From Escherichia phage 55: a DNA stretch of 64,000 nt. Positions 17,086-26,865 of the stretch are shown one piece after another (within the stretch, counting starts at the first letter, position 1; the number at the start of each line of letters is the position of its first letter). The position numbers were made by a program, and so were the translations under genes. The notes beneath the pieces are model-generated. The model searched no databases. It was given only the letters and a program-made list of their open reading frames with translations, and had not been told where the DNA came from. The stretch is taken from the sequence record OQ599310; one strand, written 5' to 3'.

Positions 17086-17667
17086 ATGACATGTCAATCT
17101 GAACTTCAAGAACGCGAGTATCTCGCAGCACTAATTAACGATAAATTCACTAAACAAGAACAAAACATTCTCTGGGCTTGCACCGATTCTAAGGAAGACC
17201 CGGATTTCCACTATGAATTAGACCATCTTGTTCGTAAGCATATGACTTCTACAGTACCAGTAGAACTCTACCGTGGTGTAACTCCAGAAGAAGTAGAACA
17301 TCTTTCCCTTCTTTCTGTTGGATGCCATTGGTCTCCTGGACGAGTAACATCGTTCACAACTGATTTCAGTACGGCTCGTCAATTCTCTGGGAGATGGGAA
17401 TATCAGACGTACACTATTCTTAGTCTCAGGAATGCTCCATTCATTTTTGATTACTACCAAAACATGGTTAACATTGTACTCGCCGGAAAGAATCCTAAGC
17501 ATGTTATGGAAGAAACGCGCGTTGACGTCCTAGATATGATTGAATCTGAACAAGAGTACATGGTCTCAGGCATCTCTAGATTTGAGATTGTGGAAATTGA
17601 AGACTTAGAATATGACCCTTTATCTCGATTATACAAAATCATTCATTTGAAAATGTTGAATTTTTAG
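17086..17667 (+). CDS. modB: ADP-ribosyltransferase, ModA/ModB family (first of two paralogs)
   Basis: R-S-E type motifs (YRG, TTDFS, E-x-E); order relative to dda matches T4 modB. Confidence 0.55.
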   Translation: MTCQSELQEREYLAALINDKFTKQEQNILWACTDSKEDPDFHYELDHLVRKHMTSTVPVELYRGVTPEEVEHLSLLSVGCHWSPGRVTSFTTDFSTARQFSGRWEYQTYTILSLRNAPFIFDYYQNMVNIVLAGKNPKHVMEETRVDVLDMIESEQEYMVSGISRFEIVEIEDLEYDPLSRLYKIIHLKMLNF

Positions 17668-17698
17668 TGTACAAACTCTTCCTATGATGATACTATAC
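17667..17698 (+). promoter_or_regulatory. possible early promoter
   Basis: GTGTAC then TATGAT/TACTAT. Confidence 0.35.
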
Positions 17699-17724
17699 CT
17701 TTATCAACAACAGGAGAAACCAAA

Positions 17725-18333
17725 ATGTTTATGCCGTATAACGAGTGTGAAATTGAAGAAATGGTTCGTCGTGCTCAAAACCCCGAATATCAAGATGTAT
17801 TGCAGTACGAAATTGATAGTCAATTCAGCGACATTGAACAAAGTGTACTGTGGCAGTGTATGGAAAACAAGCCAGACTGTATTCAACAGGAGTTAAGTTC
17901 AATCGTTCGTAGAAATTGGACGTCTTCTGTTCCTGAGACAATGTATCGTGGAATCTCTAAGAAAACTATGGCCACACTTGATGATAAAGGCATCGGTAGT
18001 ATTATTAAATTTGACAGAGTAATGAGCTTCAGTCCAGTGTTCGGTGTAGCACGTAACTTTGCTTCGTATAATTTTTACGGAACATTTAATATGTTCTGCA
18101 TCAAAGATGCACCATTTGCTTTCAACTTCCGTGAACATATGCTTAACATGATTCTGGCTGCGCCATCTTGTGAGTTCAATGGAGCTTTCCCTGAAGCGAC
18201 AAGACGGTCTAATGCTAGACTTATATCTGACGAATGTGAATTTATGCTCCCTATAGGGACTACACTGCGTGTAGATTCTATTATTCAAGATGGACGTTAT
18301 ACAATCTGGAATCTGTCTATTGTCGGTTACTGA
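17725..18333 (+). CDS. modA: ADP-ribosyltransferase, ModA/ModB family (second paralog)
   Basis: YRG, S-x-S (MSFSPV), ECEF motifs; paralogous to previous gene. Confidence 0.55.
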   Translation: MFMPYNECEIEEMVRRAQNPEYQDVLQYEIDSQFSDIEQSVLWQCMENKPDCIQQELSSIVRRNWTSSVPETMYRGISKKTMATLDDKGIGSIIKFDRVMSFSPVFGVARNFASYNFYGTFNMFCIKDAPFAFNFREHMLNMILAAPSCEFNGAFPEATRRSNARLISDECEFMLPIGTTLRVDSIIQDGRYTIWNLSIVGY

Positions 18334-18407
18334 CTGGATTGGAATAACCGGATGGAACTCAGAACCATTATAACACATAAAAAATTAAAGCATTTTATGA
18401 AAAAAGA

Positions 18408-18438
18408 GTGTACACTACCTGAGGGCATGATATTATAA
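18408..18438 (+). promoter_or_regulatory. T4-type early promoter
   Basis: GTGTAC then TATTATAA at 17 bp. Confidence 0.45.
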
Positions 18439-18486
18439 GCTTATCAGCTAAATGACCTTAACGTCCGTAAGACAGAGGAAAATATT

Positions 18487-19233
18487 ATGTTATCAAATAA
18501 TAAAATTAACAAAATCAATCGTCGTCTTGACCACACCAGAGCTTCTGCGAAGAGACGCTCTAAGGATTTTAACTTAGACTTTAATTACCTTAAAAACATT
18601 CTTGATCAAAAGGTCTGCGCTTACTCAGGTGAATCTTTTAATAACTCTGTTGAAGGTGAGAAATTATCCTTAGAACGTTTTAATAATGATATAGGCTACA
18701 TTAAAGGTAATGTTATCCCAGTTAAGAAAAAATATAACACGGCTCGTTCTGATTTAACACTAGAAGAACTTATTGAGAAACGTGACGCTGTTGCAAGACG
18801 TATTGCTAATCCTTCTGCCCGTAAAGTAGAGAAACTTAATCTCGACGAGAAGAAATGGGCCCAAATTAAAAAGGTTTATGATACTATTTTAAAAATCCGA
18901 GCAAAACGTGAAAATCGTGTTAAGCATATGGCGAACATGATGAAAAATCAACCTTTATCTAACGAATCTAAACTTAGAATTGTTGCTTTGAAAGCACGCA
19001 TTAATGGCTCACATCAAGCAGAAGGCCATGAACTTACTAAACTCAACGTTCTTCTTAAAGGCTCTGACTGGAAAACTAAAACTAAATTAACTGACGCTGA
19101 ATCGCTTTTCGATACATATGATAAAGTTATCCAAGGTCTGCGACGTTTTGAAAAGATTGGTTTCATTGGTAAATTAAAATTGAAACGTGGCTTACCACTT
19201 AGCGCATCATTATTCCAACTGATTAAAGGTTAA
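18487..19233 (+). CDS. hypothetical basic protein in the position of T4 srd
   Basis: 248-aa ORF between modA and dda; assignment by position only. Confidence 0.4.
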   Translation: MLSNNKINKINRRLDHTRASAKRRSKDFNLDFNYLKNILDQKVCAYSGESFNNSVEGEKLSLERFNNDIGYIKGNVIPVKKKYNTARSDLTLEELIEKRDAVARRIANPSARKVEKLNLDEKKWAQIKKVYDTILKIRAKRENRVKHMANMMKNQPLSNESKLRIVALKARINGSHQAEGHELTKLNVLLKGSDWKTKTKLTDAESLFDTYDKVIQGLRRFEKIGFIGKLKLKRGLPLSASLFQLIKG

Positions 19234-19235
19234 TT

Positions 19236-19547
19236 ATGGTTTATGTATATGCAATAGTTTATCGAGATATGGAAGGATTTACTGTCCCGGTTCCACTTGA
19301 TGAGCATCGTCCTGCAGTATTTTTTAGAAAGGATATTGCAGATAAAGTTTTCGATACTTTGAAAACACAGTATAAAACAGATTTAAAAATGGGAGTTCTA
19401 AGAATGGTCGAAACTCCGCGTAAGTTCTGGTTTAATAAGCTTGAAATGAAACACGTTAAACTAGATGCGGAGACGCAAAGATTGTATCAACGAATTCTGG
19501 ACACAGGCCGTATTGTTAGTATTCCAATTGCAGGGACTTTACGATGA
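19236..19547 (+). CDS. hypothetical protein (dda.1 position)
   Basis: ORF overlapping dda start. Confidence 0.4.
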   Translation: MVYVYAIVYRDMEGFTVPVPLDEHRPAVFFRKDIADKVFDTLKTQYKTDLKMGVLRMVETPRKFWFNKLEMKHVKLDAETQRLYQRILDTGRIVSIPIAGTLR

Positions 19548-20857
19548 CATTTGATGATTTGACTGAAGGCCAGAAAAACGCCTTCAACGTTGTTATGAAC
19601 GCTATTAAAGAAAAGAAACATCACGTAACTATTAATGGGCCTGCTGGTACAGGTAAAACAACCCTTACTAGATTCATCGTTGAAGCTCTTATTTCTGCCG
19701 GAGAATCAGGTATTATTTTAGCAGCCCCTACACATGCTGCTAAAAAGGTTCTAAGCAAACTTGCGGGTCAAGAAGCATCGACTATTCATAGCATTCTTAA
19801 AATCAACCCAACTACATACGAAGAAAACGTATTGTTTGAACAGAAAAAGGTTCCCGACTTAGCCTTGTGTCGTGTACTGTTATTTGATGAAGCGTCAATG
19901 TGTGACCGTTCTCTGTTTAAAATAATGTTAGCTAGTATCCCTAAATGGTGCACAGTAATTGGAATTGGTGACCGATGTCAGATTCGACCGGTAGACCCAG
20001 GCGAATCAACTGCGTATCTAAGTCCTTTCTTCACTCACAAAGACTTTGTGCAATGCGACCTTACAGAAGTTAAACGTAGCAATGCACCAATTATTGATGT
20101 TGCGACTGATATTCGTAATGGCAAATGGATTTATGATAAAGTAGTTGATGGGCATGGTGTTCATGGATATACAGACCTTAAATCGTATATGATGAATTAT
20201 TTTAATGTCGTTAAAACTCCTGAAGACCTTTTCGAAAATCGAATGATGGCATTCACAAATAAGTCAGTAGATAAGTTGAATTCAATTATTCGCCGAAAAC
20301 TTCTTGAAACAGAAAAACCATTTATTAAAGACGAAGTCATTGTTCTACAAGAGCCGTTTACCAAGACATATAAGCTAGATGGCAAAAATATGACCGAAAT
20401 GCTTTTCAATAACGGGCAGTTCGTTCGTATTCGAGACGCTGTAGAAACGTCTACATTCGTTAAAGCACGTGGTGTTTCAGGCGAATATATGATACGATAC
20501 TGGAATCTTACAGTAGAAACATATGGCGATGATGAAGAATACGTCCGCGAGGATATAAAGGTTATTTCTTCTGAAGAAGAGCTTTATAAATTCAATTTGT
20601 TTTTGGCTAAGACCGCAGAAACATATAAATTCTGGAATAAAGGCGGTAAAGCTCCATGGAGCGAATTCTGGGATGCTAAACGTATGTTCACTAAGGTGAA
20701 GGCATTACCAGTATCAACCTTCCATAAGGCCCAGGGTATGTCTGTTGACACGGCCTTTGTTTATACACCGTGTATCCATTATGCCGATTCAGAATTAGCC
20801 AAACAATTACTATATGTCGGCACAACTCGTGGTCGTTTTGACGTCCATTTTATTTGA
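19544..20857 (+). CDS. dda: Dda SF1 DNA helicase
   Basis: 437 aa; Walker A GPAGTGKTT; SF1 motifs; T4 Dda-like length. Confidence 0.9.
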   Translation: MTFDDLTEGQKNAFNVVMNAIKEKKHHVTINGPAGTGKTTLTRFIVEALISAGESGIILAAPTHAAKKVLSKLAGQEASTIHSILKINPTTYEENVLFEQKKVPDLALCRVLLFDEASMCDRSLFKIMLASIPKWCTVIGIGDRCQIRPVDPGESTAYLSPFFTHKDFVQCDLTEVKRSNAPIIDVATDIRNGKWIYDKVVDGHGVHGYTDLKSYMMNYFNVVKTPEDLFENRMMAFTNKSVDKLNSIIRRKLLETEKPFIKDEVIVLQEPFTKTYKLDGKNMTEMLFNNGQFVRIRDAVETSTFVKARGVSGEYMIRYWNLTVETYGDDEEYVREDIKVISSEEELYKFNLFLAKTAETYKFWNKGGKAPWSEFWDAKRMFTKVKALPVSTFHKAQGMSVDTAFVYTPCIHYADSELAKQLLYVGTTRGRFDVHFI

Positions 20858-20866
20858 GAGAAAATT

Positions 20867-21544
20867 ATGAGCACTGATGTTATTATAGATTTTGAAACAT
20901 TCGGCAATACATCAAAAGCGGCTGTTATTGACCTTGCGGTTATTGCATATAATTCGGACCCTGAAGTTGTTGAAACATTTGAAGAACTTGTTCAACGAGG
21001 TAAGCGAATTAAATTTAATTTAGCTTCTCAAAAAGGGAAGCGAGTTTTCGCTAAATCCACTATGAAATGGTGGAAAGAACAATCAGCAGAAGCACGTAAA
21101 AACCTGGCTCCGTCTGAAGACGATGTCACTACGCTTGAAGGCATTAAAATCTTTTTAGACTATTGCCGAGCTAATAAAGTTGACCAATGGAAATCACAGA
21201 TGTGGTGCCGTGGTATGAGCTTTGACTTCCCGATCTTGGTCGATTTGATTCGTGACCTCTATCGTGATGAAGGTGTTCTTGAACCAGATATTGATACTGA
21301 TAAATTAGAACCTGTTAAATTCTGGGCTCAACGTGATATTCGTACGGCAATCGAAGCTTACTCGTTGACACGAGGATTAAGTATGTGTCCATTACCGATG
21401 GGTACGCTAAAAGGATTCGTTGCCCATGATAGTATTCATGATTGTGCTAAAGATATTTTGATGTTAAAATATGCTCAGCGTTATGCGCTTGGCCTTGAAG
21501 ATGTCCCTGAGAATCCTGACCCGTTAAGTGTAAAACAGCGATAA
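20867..21544 (+). CDS. dexA: exonuclease A (DnaQ-like 3'-5' exonuclease)
   Basis: N-terminal IIDFETFG, WCRGMSFDFPILVDLIRD resemble T4 DexA; 225 aa. Confidence 0.75.
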   Translation: MSTDVIIDFETFGNTSKAAVIDLAVIAYNSDPEVVETFEELVQRGKRIKFNLASQKGKRVFAKSTMKWWKEQSAEARKNLAPSEDDVTTLEGIKIFLDYCRANKVDQWKSQMWCRGMSFDFPILVDLIRDLYRDEGVLEPDIDTDKLEPVKFWAQRDIRTAIEAYSLTRGLSMCPLPMGTLKGFVAHDSIHDCAKDILMLKYAQRYALGLEDVPENPDPLSVKQR

Positions 21545-21549
21545 AACCA

Positions 21550-21579
21550 GTTTACAACCAAGGATGGTTGGAGTATAAT
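21550..21579 (+). promoter_or_regulatory. T4-type early promoter with inverted repeat (ACAACCA/TGGTTGG)
   Basis: GTTTAC then TATAAT at 18 bp. Confidence 0.55.
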
Positions 21580-21609
21580 CTTTCTATCTTAACCAAACAG
21601 GAAAACATT

Positions 21610-22104
21610 ATGAATATCAATACTACGGCTACTTACATCCTGAAAGATGAAAAACAAATCAACTGGTATGGTGCTTCAGTGCGAGCTTATGAAAAGTTTT
21701 GTGAAATTTTAGGTGCCACTCAAGGTAATAGTTTCACTATTGTTAACTTCATCAAACAAGTTGAAGGCCCTTGGTTATTCTTAGAAATTAAAAATTCATA
21801 TGGTACAATTTCTACTACCGCCCTTCCAAGCACCGACTTTGAACTGCTGATTGAAGAAGTAGAACCCGTTAAAGATATCTGTATTGATATGGATATCGCT
21901 TGTATGTACGGTACTCTTATTAAGCCTATTGAGCCTACTGATTTGCTGTGTAAATATGTTTCAATTCGACGCCCATTCGCTGGTCCAGTAAATGGATGGG
22001 TAACTGATCAGTGGATTGAAGACGGTGTTGAACTTCTGAACGTTGTTCATGCCGGTGATTTTAGTGTGGTTCCACGTAGTGCAGTAGTTAATATTCTAAA
22101 TTAA
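21610..22104 (+). CDS. hypothetical protein, member of a three-gene tandem paralog family
   Basis: C-terminus TDQWIEDGVELLNVVHAGDFSVV shared with the next two ORFs. Confidence 0.45.
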   Translation: MNINTTATYILKDEKQINWYGASVRAYEKFCEILGATQGNSFTIVNFIKQVEGPWLFLEIKNSYGTISTTALPSTDFELLIEEVEPVKDICIDMDIACMYGTLIKPIEPTDLLCKYVSIRRPFAGPVNGWVTDQWIEDGVELLNVVHAGDFSVVPRSAVVNILN

Positions 22105-22105
22105 T

Positions 22106-22136
22106 GTTGTACATCCAAGGATGGATGGAGTATAGT
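22106..22136 (+). promoter_or_regulatory. early promoter with inverted repeat (CATCCA/TGGATG)
   Basis: TTGTAC then TATAGT. Confidence 0.45.
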
Positions 22137-22168
22137 GAATTCAATTTAAACAAAGAGAGAGAGAAATT

Positions 22169-22624
22169 ATGATTACTATTGGTGAAATTAAGCGTGTATC
22201 GTCTGCATCTCGTTCTAAAGCTGCAGGTCGTCTAGTTGAAGTGGTAGGACTTCGTACTAATGGTACTGGACGTGTTAAAGAAGTTAAAGTTCGAATCATT
22301 CCTAGTTCTGGAAAAACTGAAACTCAGTACGCTTACGTAAGTCCTAAATTCTTGGAAACTCATGTGAGCGCTCATTTTGCTTCTACTGAACCTAATGTAC
22401 AGTTCAAATGGGCCCTTTGCAAAGGCGTTGAATTCCGGACTGATAAAGAATTTGATTTCATCGACGAATATGGTTATCCAAACAAAACTGATATTATGTG
22501 CGGCTTCATCACTGACCAATGGGTTGAAGATGGTGAAAAGTTATACAATATCGTATTCTTAGGTGACTTCCGAGTTGTTAAAGAATCTGAAATCACTCGC
22601 TATGTGTCTCCTCGTAAAGCTTAA
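22169..22624 (+). CDS. hypothetical protein, tandem paralog
   Basis: SASRSKAAGRLVEV... and DQWVEDGEKLYNIVFLGDFRVV shared with neighbours. Confidence 0.5.
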   Translation: MITIGEIKRVSSASRSKAAGRLVEVVGLRTNGTGRVKEVKVRIIPSSGKTETQYAYVSPKFLETHVSAHFASTEPNVQFKWALCKGVEFRTDKEFDFIDEYGYPNKTDIMCGFITDQWVEDGEKLYNIVFLGDFRVVKESEITRYVSPRKA

Positions 22625-22633
22625 GGAATTATT

Positions 22634-23053
22634 ATGAATATTGTAAATCTCTCTACAGGTGATTACGTATATGTATCTGTTGCTTCTCGCTCTAAAGTTG
22701 CCGGGAAGTTGGTTGAAGTTCTTTCTGTGAGTGATCCGGTTTTTGGTCGTAACCAAGTTAAAGTTCGTGATGCTAATGGTAATATTGGCTACGTCTCAAG
22801 CCAGTTCATTGAGCCAGAAGAAAAAGCGTTCAAATGGGGACTATGCAGATCAGTTTCTGTTGAAAAAGACCATGAATTCACTATTGCCGCGGCAACTGAT
22901 GGAACGCCATGGAAAACTAAGCAAATCGCCGGATTTATTAGCGACCGTTGGGTAGAAGATGGTGTTAAGCTTTATAACATCGTTTTCGCTGGTCAGTTCA
23001 TGGTAGTTCCTGAATTCCAAATTAAAAAATATAGCCCAGCTGCTTTCGCATAA
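22634..23053 (+). CDS. hypothetical protein, tandem paralog
   Basis: VASRSKVAGKLVEV... and DRWVEDGVKLYNIVFAGQFMVV. Confidence 0.5.
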   Translation: MNIVNLSTGDYVYVSVASRSKVAGKLVEVLSVSDPVFGRNQVKVRDANGNIGYVSSQFIEPEEKAFKWGLCRSVSVEKDHEFTIAAATDGTPWKTKQIAGFISDRWVEDGVKLYNIVFAGQFMVVPEFQIKKYSPAAFA

Positions 23054-23057
23054 AGTT

Positions 23058-23089
23058 GTTTACTTCTCCTCTGGTTTTGATATTATAAC
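23058..23089 (+). promoter_or_regulatory. T4-type early promoter with 11-bp inverted repeat (CTCCTCTGGTT / AACCAGAGGAG)
   Basis: GTTTAC, TATTAT at 17 bp; repeat arms 23066-23076 and 23096-23106. Confidence 0.5.
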
Positions 23090-23112
23090 CATATCAACCA
23101 GAGGAGAATAAT

Positions 23113-23637
23113 ATGTTAGTTTACCGCGTAGAACGTAGTTTTTGTACTCAACGTGAATCATTACCAGGAATTGTTATCGAAGACGGTAAAGCCGTCAGAA
23201 TTTGGGAAACCTCTTGGAATAAAGAACCTCGCTCACCTTACGGTTGGTCTGGCACTGACAACTCTGAAGAAACATGGGAGTTCCTTGATAAGCATGGAAT
23301 ACTCTCAGGTAACTTCTACCATCACGGCGACAACTATAATGTCCCTAATCGTCCTACTGTAAATGAGGACAAACTTCTTGAACAAAATATCTTAAGATAC
23401 TACAGAATTGAGCACACATTTGAATTGAACGAAGATTGGGCTCAAGGGTTCTATTTTGGATTTGAAAGTGTTGACGCGGTTTATGCATGGTTTGATGACC
23501 AGGTGGATGTTGAACTCTTGAAAGCTAAAGGATACTACATCGCGGTCTATGAAGCACCTGATTTCATCCTCGGAAGTTGTCAATTAATGTTTAGACGTTC
23601 ATTGGCAGAACAAGTTGATTTTATTTTGCTAAAATGA
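23113..23637 (+). CDS. hypothetical protein
   Basis: 174-aa ORF. Confidence 0.5.
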   Translation: MLVYRVERSFCTQRESLPGIVIEDGKAVRIWETSWNKEPRSPYGWSGTDNSEETWEFLDKHGILSGNFYHHGDNYNVPNRPTVNEDKLLEQNILRYYRIEHTFELNEDWAQGFYFGFESVDAVYAWFDDQVDVELLKAKGYYIAVYEAPDFILGSCQLMFRRSLAEQVDFILLK

Positions 23638-23668
23638 TGTACAACAACTATGGTCTATGATACTATAG
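23636..23668 (+). promoter_or_regulatory. possible early promoter with GGTCTAT/ATAGACC inverted repeat
   Basis: ATGTAC then TACTATAG. Confidence 0.4.
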
Positions 23669-23694
23669 ACCTATCAAAACAAGAGGAGAATATT

Positions 23695-23922
23695 ATGAAA
23701 CGTCAAATCATTAAAAACGTAACTACTGATTCAAACATCGATGAGTTTGAAGATGTTCTGTTTAATCCTGATTTAGTTGTTGTACAGAAAAACTGGACCG
23801 AATTTTTATGCTACACTGAAGTGGTTTACGTTTACGAAAAACTCGGCGATGAAATGCCTATCTACGGTATCTTCCGTGAAATCACTGAAAACGGTACAAC
23901 TTATTGGAAGGAAACTTACTAA
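23695..23922 (+). CDS. hypothetical protein
   Basis: ORF with AAGAGGAG RBS. Confidence 0.45.
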   Translation: MKRQIIKNVTTDSNIDEFEDVLFNPDLVVVQKNWTEFLCYTEVVYVYEKLGDEMPIYGIFREITENGTTYWKETY

Positions 23923-24332
23923 TGGCTAATAAATTCCGCATTAACTCATGGTACCAATTTAAAGATAAACGTGCCCAAGAAGAGTTTATTAAAGACCATA
24001 CTGATAATGGGATTTATGCACGACGTCTTGGCCTGGAACCATTTAAAGTATTAGATGTTGACCATCTTGGTCGTCCTACTAAAATTGTGACATCTACTGG
24101 CATGGTTGGATACGCAACAGGCGGTGATATCCTTGATGAAAACTTTATCTGGCTCTCCACGAATGAAGCAGAGTTCTTTGACGAAGTTGGAAATCCATAT
24201 CAAGAGTCTGAAGAGCAAGATTCTAGTGAACTTGGTGAATTGTCTGAATTTCCGGTGATGTCGATTACTATCGAAAATAACGACCAGGCATGGTCTTTGT
24301 ATCAAATGTTGAAAGCACATTTTAAGGAATAA
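23922..24332 (+). CDS. hypothetical acidic protein
   Basis: TAATG overlap. Confidence 0.45.
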   Translation: MANKFRINSWYQFKDKRAQEEFIKDHTDNGIYARRLGLEPFKVLDVDHLGRPTKIVTSTGMVGYATGGDILDENFIWLSTNEAEFFDEVGNPYQESEEQDSSELGELSEFPVMSITIENNDQAWSLYQMLKAHFKE

Positions 24333-24337
24333 TAATA

Positions 24338-24517
24338 ATGCCGTTATACGACTATAAATGTCAATCTGAAGATTGTGGTCATGAATATGAAAAAATTAAA
24401 AGAATTTCTGAACGAGAAAACGATGTTTGCCCTGAATGTCATCGTCTGTCTACTCGTCGGGTTTCTGCTCCTAAACATGTGAACGGTGGTTTTTACGACT
24501 TACTTAAGAAGGGATAA
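24338..24517 (+). CDS. FmdB-like zinc-ribbon protein (59 aa)
   Basis: MPLYDYKC..CGH...CPEC pattern; below ORF-track cutoff. Confidence 0.45.
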   Translation: MPLYDYKCQSEDCGHEYEKIKRISERENDVCPECHRLSTRRVSAPKHVNGGFYDLLKKG

Positions 24518-24519
24518 TT

Positions 24520-24942
24520 ATGGCTTTTAAAGGTTTTGAAGTTGGTAAGAAATATCGTATTATCAAAGGTCAAGAAGATAATTTCTTGAGAATTCTTAAT
24601 ACAACTGGTAAACGTCTTAACACTACTCTGCATACAGTTTTATTATCAAGAGATTTTATTGTAGAAGAGATGATTGGTTACGGTGTTTCAATGATTGCCG
24701 CTGAAACCGATGGACCTGGACGTACAATCATTAGTATGCAAGGTGATATTCTGCTTTATGGTGCAGAATTTAAATTCTTTGAAGAAGTTAAGGAACCAGA
24801 TACAGCTGTCGATTTCAAAAAAGGCTCTATAGAATTTGTTGATGGTTCGGTTATCGTATCAGGCGATGTGGTCATTACAGTTAAAAGTGAACAAGGGCGT
24901 TTGGCTGCAATTGATGCACTTCAGAAAATTAAATTTAAATAA
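24520..24942 (+). CDS. hypothetical protein
   Basis: 140-aa ORF followed by terminator. Confidence 0.5.
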   Translation: MAFKGFEVGKKYRIIKGQEDNFLRILNTTGKRLNTTLHTVLLSRDFIVEEMIGYGVSMIAAETDGPGRTIISMQGDILLYGAEFKFFEEVKEPDTAVDFKKGSIEFVDGSVIVSGDVVITVKSEQGRLAAIDALQKIKFK

Positions 24943-24960
24943 GGGCTTCGGCCCTTTTTG
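24941..24960 (+). terminator. rho-independent terminator
   Basis: GGGCTTCGGCCC then TTTTT. Confidence 0.7.
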
Positions 24961-25005
24961 CTTTAGATTTCGGATGATAGAATACCTTCATAACGAGGAG
25001 ACAAC

Positions 25006-26823
25006 ATGATTAAAAATGAAATTAAGGTATTGTCAGATGTAGAACATATTAAGAAACGTAGTGGTATGTATATTGGTTCTTCTGCTAAAGAAGCCCACGA
25101 GCGTTTTTTGTTTGGTAAATATCAACAAGTTGAATATGTTCCTGGCCTGGTTAAATTAATCGATGAGATTATTGACAACTCGGTTGATGAAGCTATTCGT
25201 ACATCATTTAAGTTTGCAAATAAAATTGATGTGCAAATTAAAAATAATCAAGTTTCGGTGGAAGATAACGGACGTGGTATTCCTCAAGGTTTAGTTACCG
25301 ACCAAACAGGTGAACAAATTCCTGGGCCTGTAGCAGCCTGGACTATTCCAAAGGCCGGTGGTAACTTTGGTGATGATTCTGAACGCAAGACTGGTGGTAT
25401 GAACGGCGTCGGGAGTAGTTTAACTAATATCTTCTCTACGTTGTTTACAGGCATCACGTCAGATGGCGAAAATGAAATCACTGTTAACTGTTCAAACGGA
25501 ATGGAAAACAAATCATGGTCTTCTAAGAAATCTAAAGGTAAAGGCACTAAAGTAATCTTCACTCCTGATTTCACTTCATTTGAAGAGCATAATTTATCTC
25601 AAATTTATTTAGATATTACTTTAGACCGACTTCAAACATTGGCAGTCGTTTATCCTGATATCAAGTTCACATTTAATGGTAAAAAGGTTGATGGTAATTT
25701 TAAACGATTTGCTAAACAATTTGGTGAAGATAACATCATTCAAGAAAATGATAAAGTCTCTATAGCATTCACAACATCACCAGATGGCTTCCGTCATTTA
25801 ACTTATGTGAATAACATCCATACTAAAAATGGTGGTCATCATGTTGAATGTGTAATGGATGATATCTGCGAACATCTTTTGCCGGGTATTAAAAAGAAAT
25901 ATAAGGGTATTGAAGTCACTAAAGCTCGTGTTAAAGAATGTCTCACAATGTTGATGTTTATTAGAGACATGAGCAACATGCGTTTTGATTCTCAGACTAA
26001 AGAACGTTTAACGTCAACGTATGGTGATATTCGTAATCATATCCAATTAGATACTAAGAAAATTGCTCAGGCACTTCTTAAAAACGAAGCCTTGATTATG
26101 CCTATTGTTGAAGCAGCATTAGCTCGTAAATTGGCGGCAGAAAAGGCTGCAGAAACTAAAGCAGCTAAAAAGGCAACTAAAGCTAAGGTTCATAAGCATA
26201 TTAAAGCTAACCAATGTGGTAAAGATGCAGATACGACATTGTTTTTAACAGAAGGTGATTCGGCAATTGGTTATCTCATTGATGTTCGTGACCGTGAACT
26301 ACACGGTGGATTCCCATTACGTGGTAAGGTGATGAATAGCTGGGGTATGTCATATGCTGATATGATGAAGAACAAAGAGCTCTTTGATATCTGTGCTATC
26401 ACGGGTCTTATTCTTGGTGAAAAGGCAGAGAATACGAACTATCGTAATATTGCAATTATGACTGATGCCGATCATGACGGTCTTGGAAGCATTTATCCGG
26501 CTTTGCTTGCTTTCTTTAGTAATTGGCCTGAATTGTTTGAACAAGGACGTATTCGCTTTGTTAAAACACCTGTAATTATTGCACAAATTGGCAAAACTCA
26601 AAAATGGTTTTATACTGTAGCTGAGTATGAAGAAGTTAAAGATACACTGCCTAAGCATAGTATTCGATACATCAAGGGATTAGGCTCACTTGAAAAGTCA
26701 GAATATCGTGAAATGATTCAGAACCCTGTGTACGACGTAGTTAAACTTCCTGAAAATTGGAAAGAACTCTTTGAAATGTTGATGGGTGATGATTCAGAAC
26801 TTCGTAAAGAATGGATGTCCTAA
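25006..26823 (+). CDS. 39: topoisomerase II large (ATPase, GyrB-like) subunit, uninterrupted gene 39 (covers T4 39+60)
   Basis: 605 aa; GHKL ATPase motifs IDNSVDEA, GRGIP; TOPRIM region; single continuous ORF. Confidence 0.9.
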   Translation: MIKNEIKVLSDVEHIKKRSGMYIGSSAKEAHERFLFGKYQQVEYVPGLVKLIDEIIDNSVDEAIRTSFKFANKIDVQIKNNQVSVEDNGRGIPQGLVTDQTGEQIPGPVAAWTIPKAGGNFGDDSERKTGGMNGVGSSLTNIFSTLFTGITSDGENEITVNCSNGMENKSWSSKKSKGKGTKVIFTPDFTSFEEHNLSQIYLDITLDRLQTLAVVYPDIKFTFNGKKVDGNFKRFAKQFGEDNIIQENDKVSIAFTTSPDGFRHLTYVNNIHTKNGGHHVECVMDDICEHLLPGIKKKYKGIEVTKARVKECLTMLMFIRDMSNMRFDSQTKERLTSTYGDIRNHIQLDTKKIAQALLKNEALIMPIVEAALARKLAAEKAAETKAAKKATKAKVHKHIKANQCGKDADTTLFLTEGDSAIGYLIDVRDRELHGGFPLRGKVMNSWGMSYADMMKNKELFDICAITGLILGEKAENTNYRNIAIMTDADHDGLGSIYPALLAFFSNWPELFEQGRIRFVKTPVIIAQIGKTQKWFYTVAEYEEVKDTLPKHSIRYIKGLGSLEKSEYREMIQNPVYDVVKLPENWKELFEMLMGDDSELRKEWMS

Positions 26824-26846
26824 GCTCCTTCGGGAGCTTCATTTTA
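26823..26846 (+). terminator. stem-loop AGCTCCTTCGGGAGCT after gene 39
   Basis: hairpin with UUCG loop, T-rich tail. Confidence 0.5.
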
Positions 26847-26865
26847 ATTTTAATAAGGCTTAATT

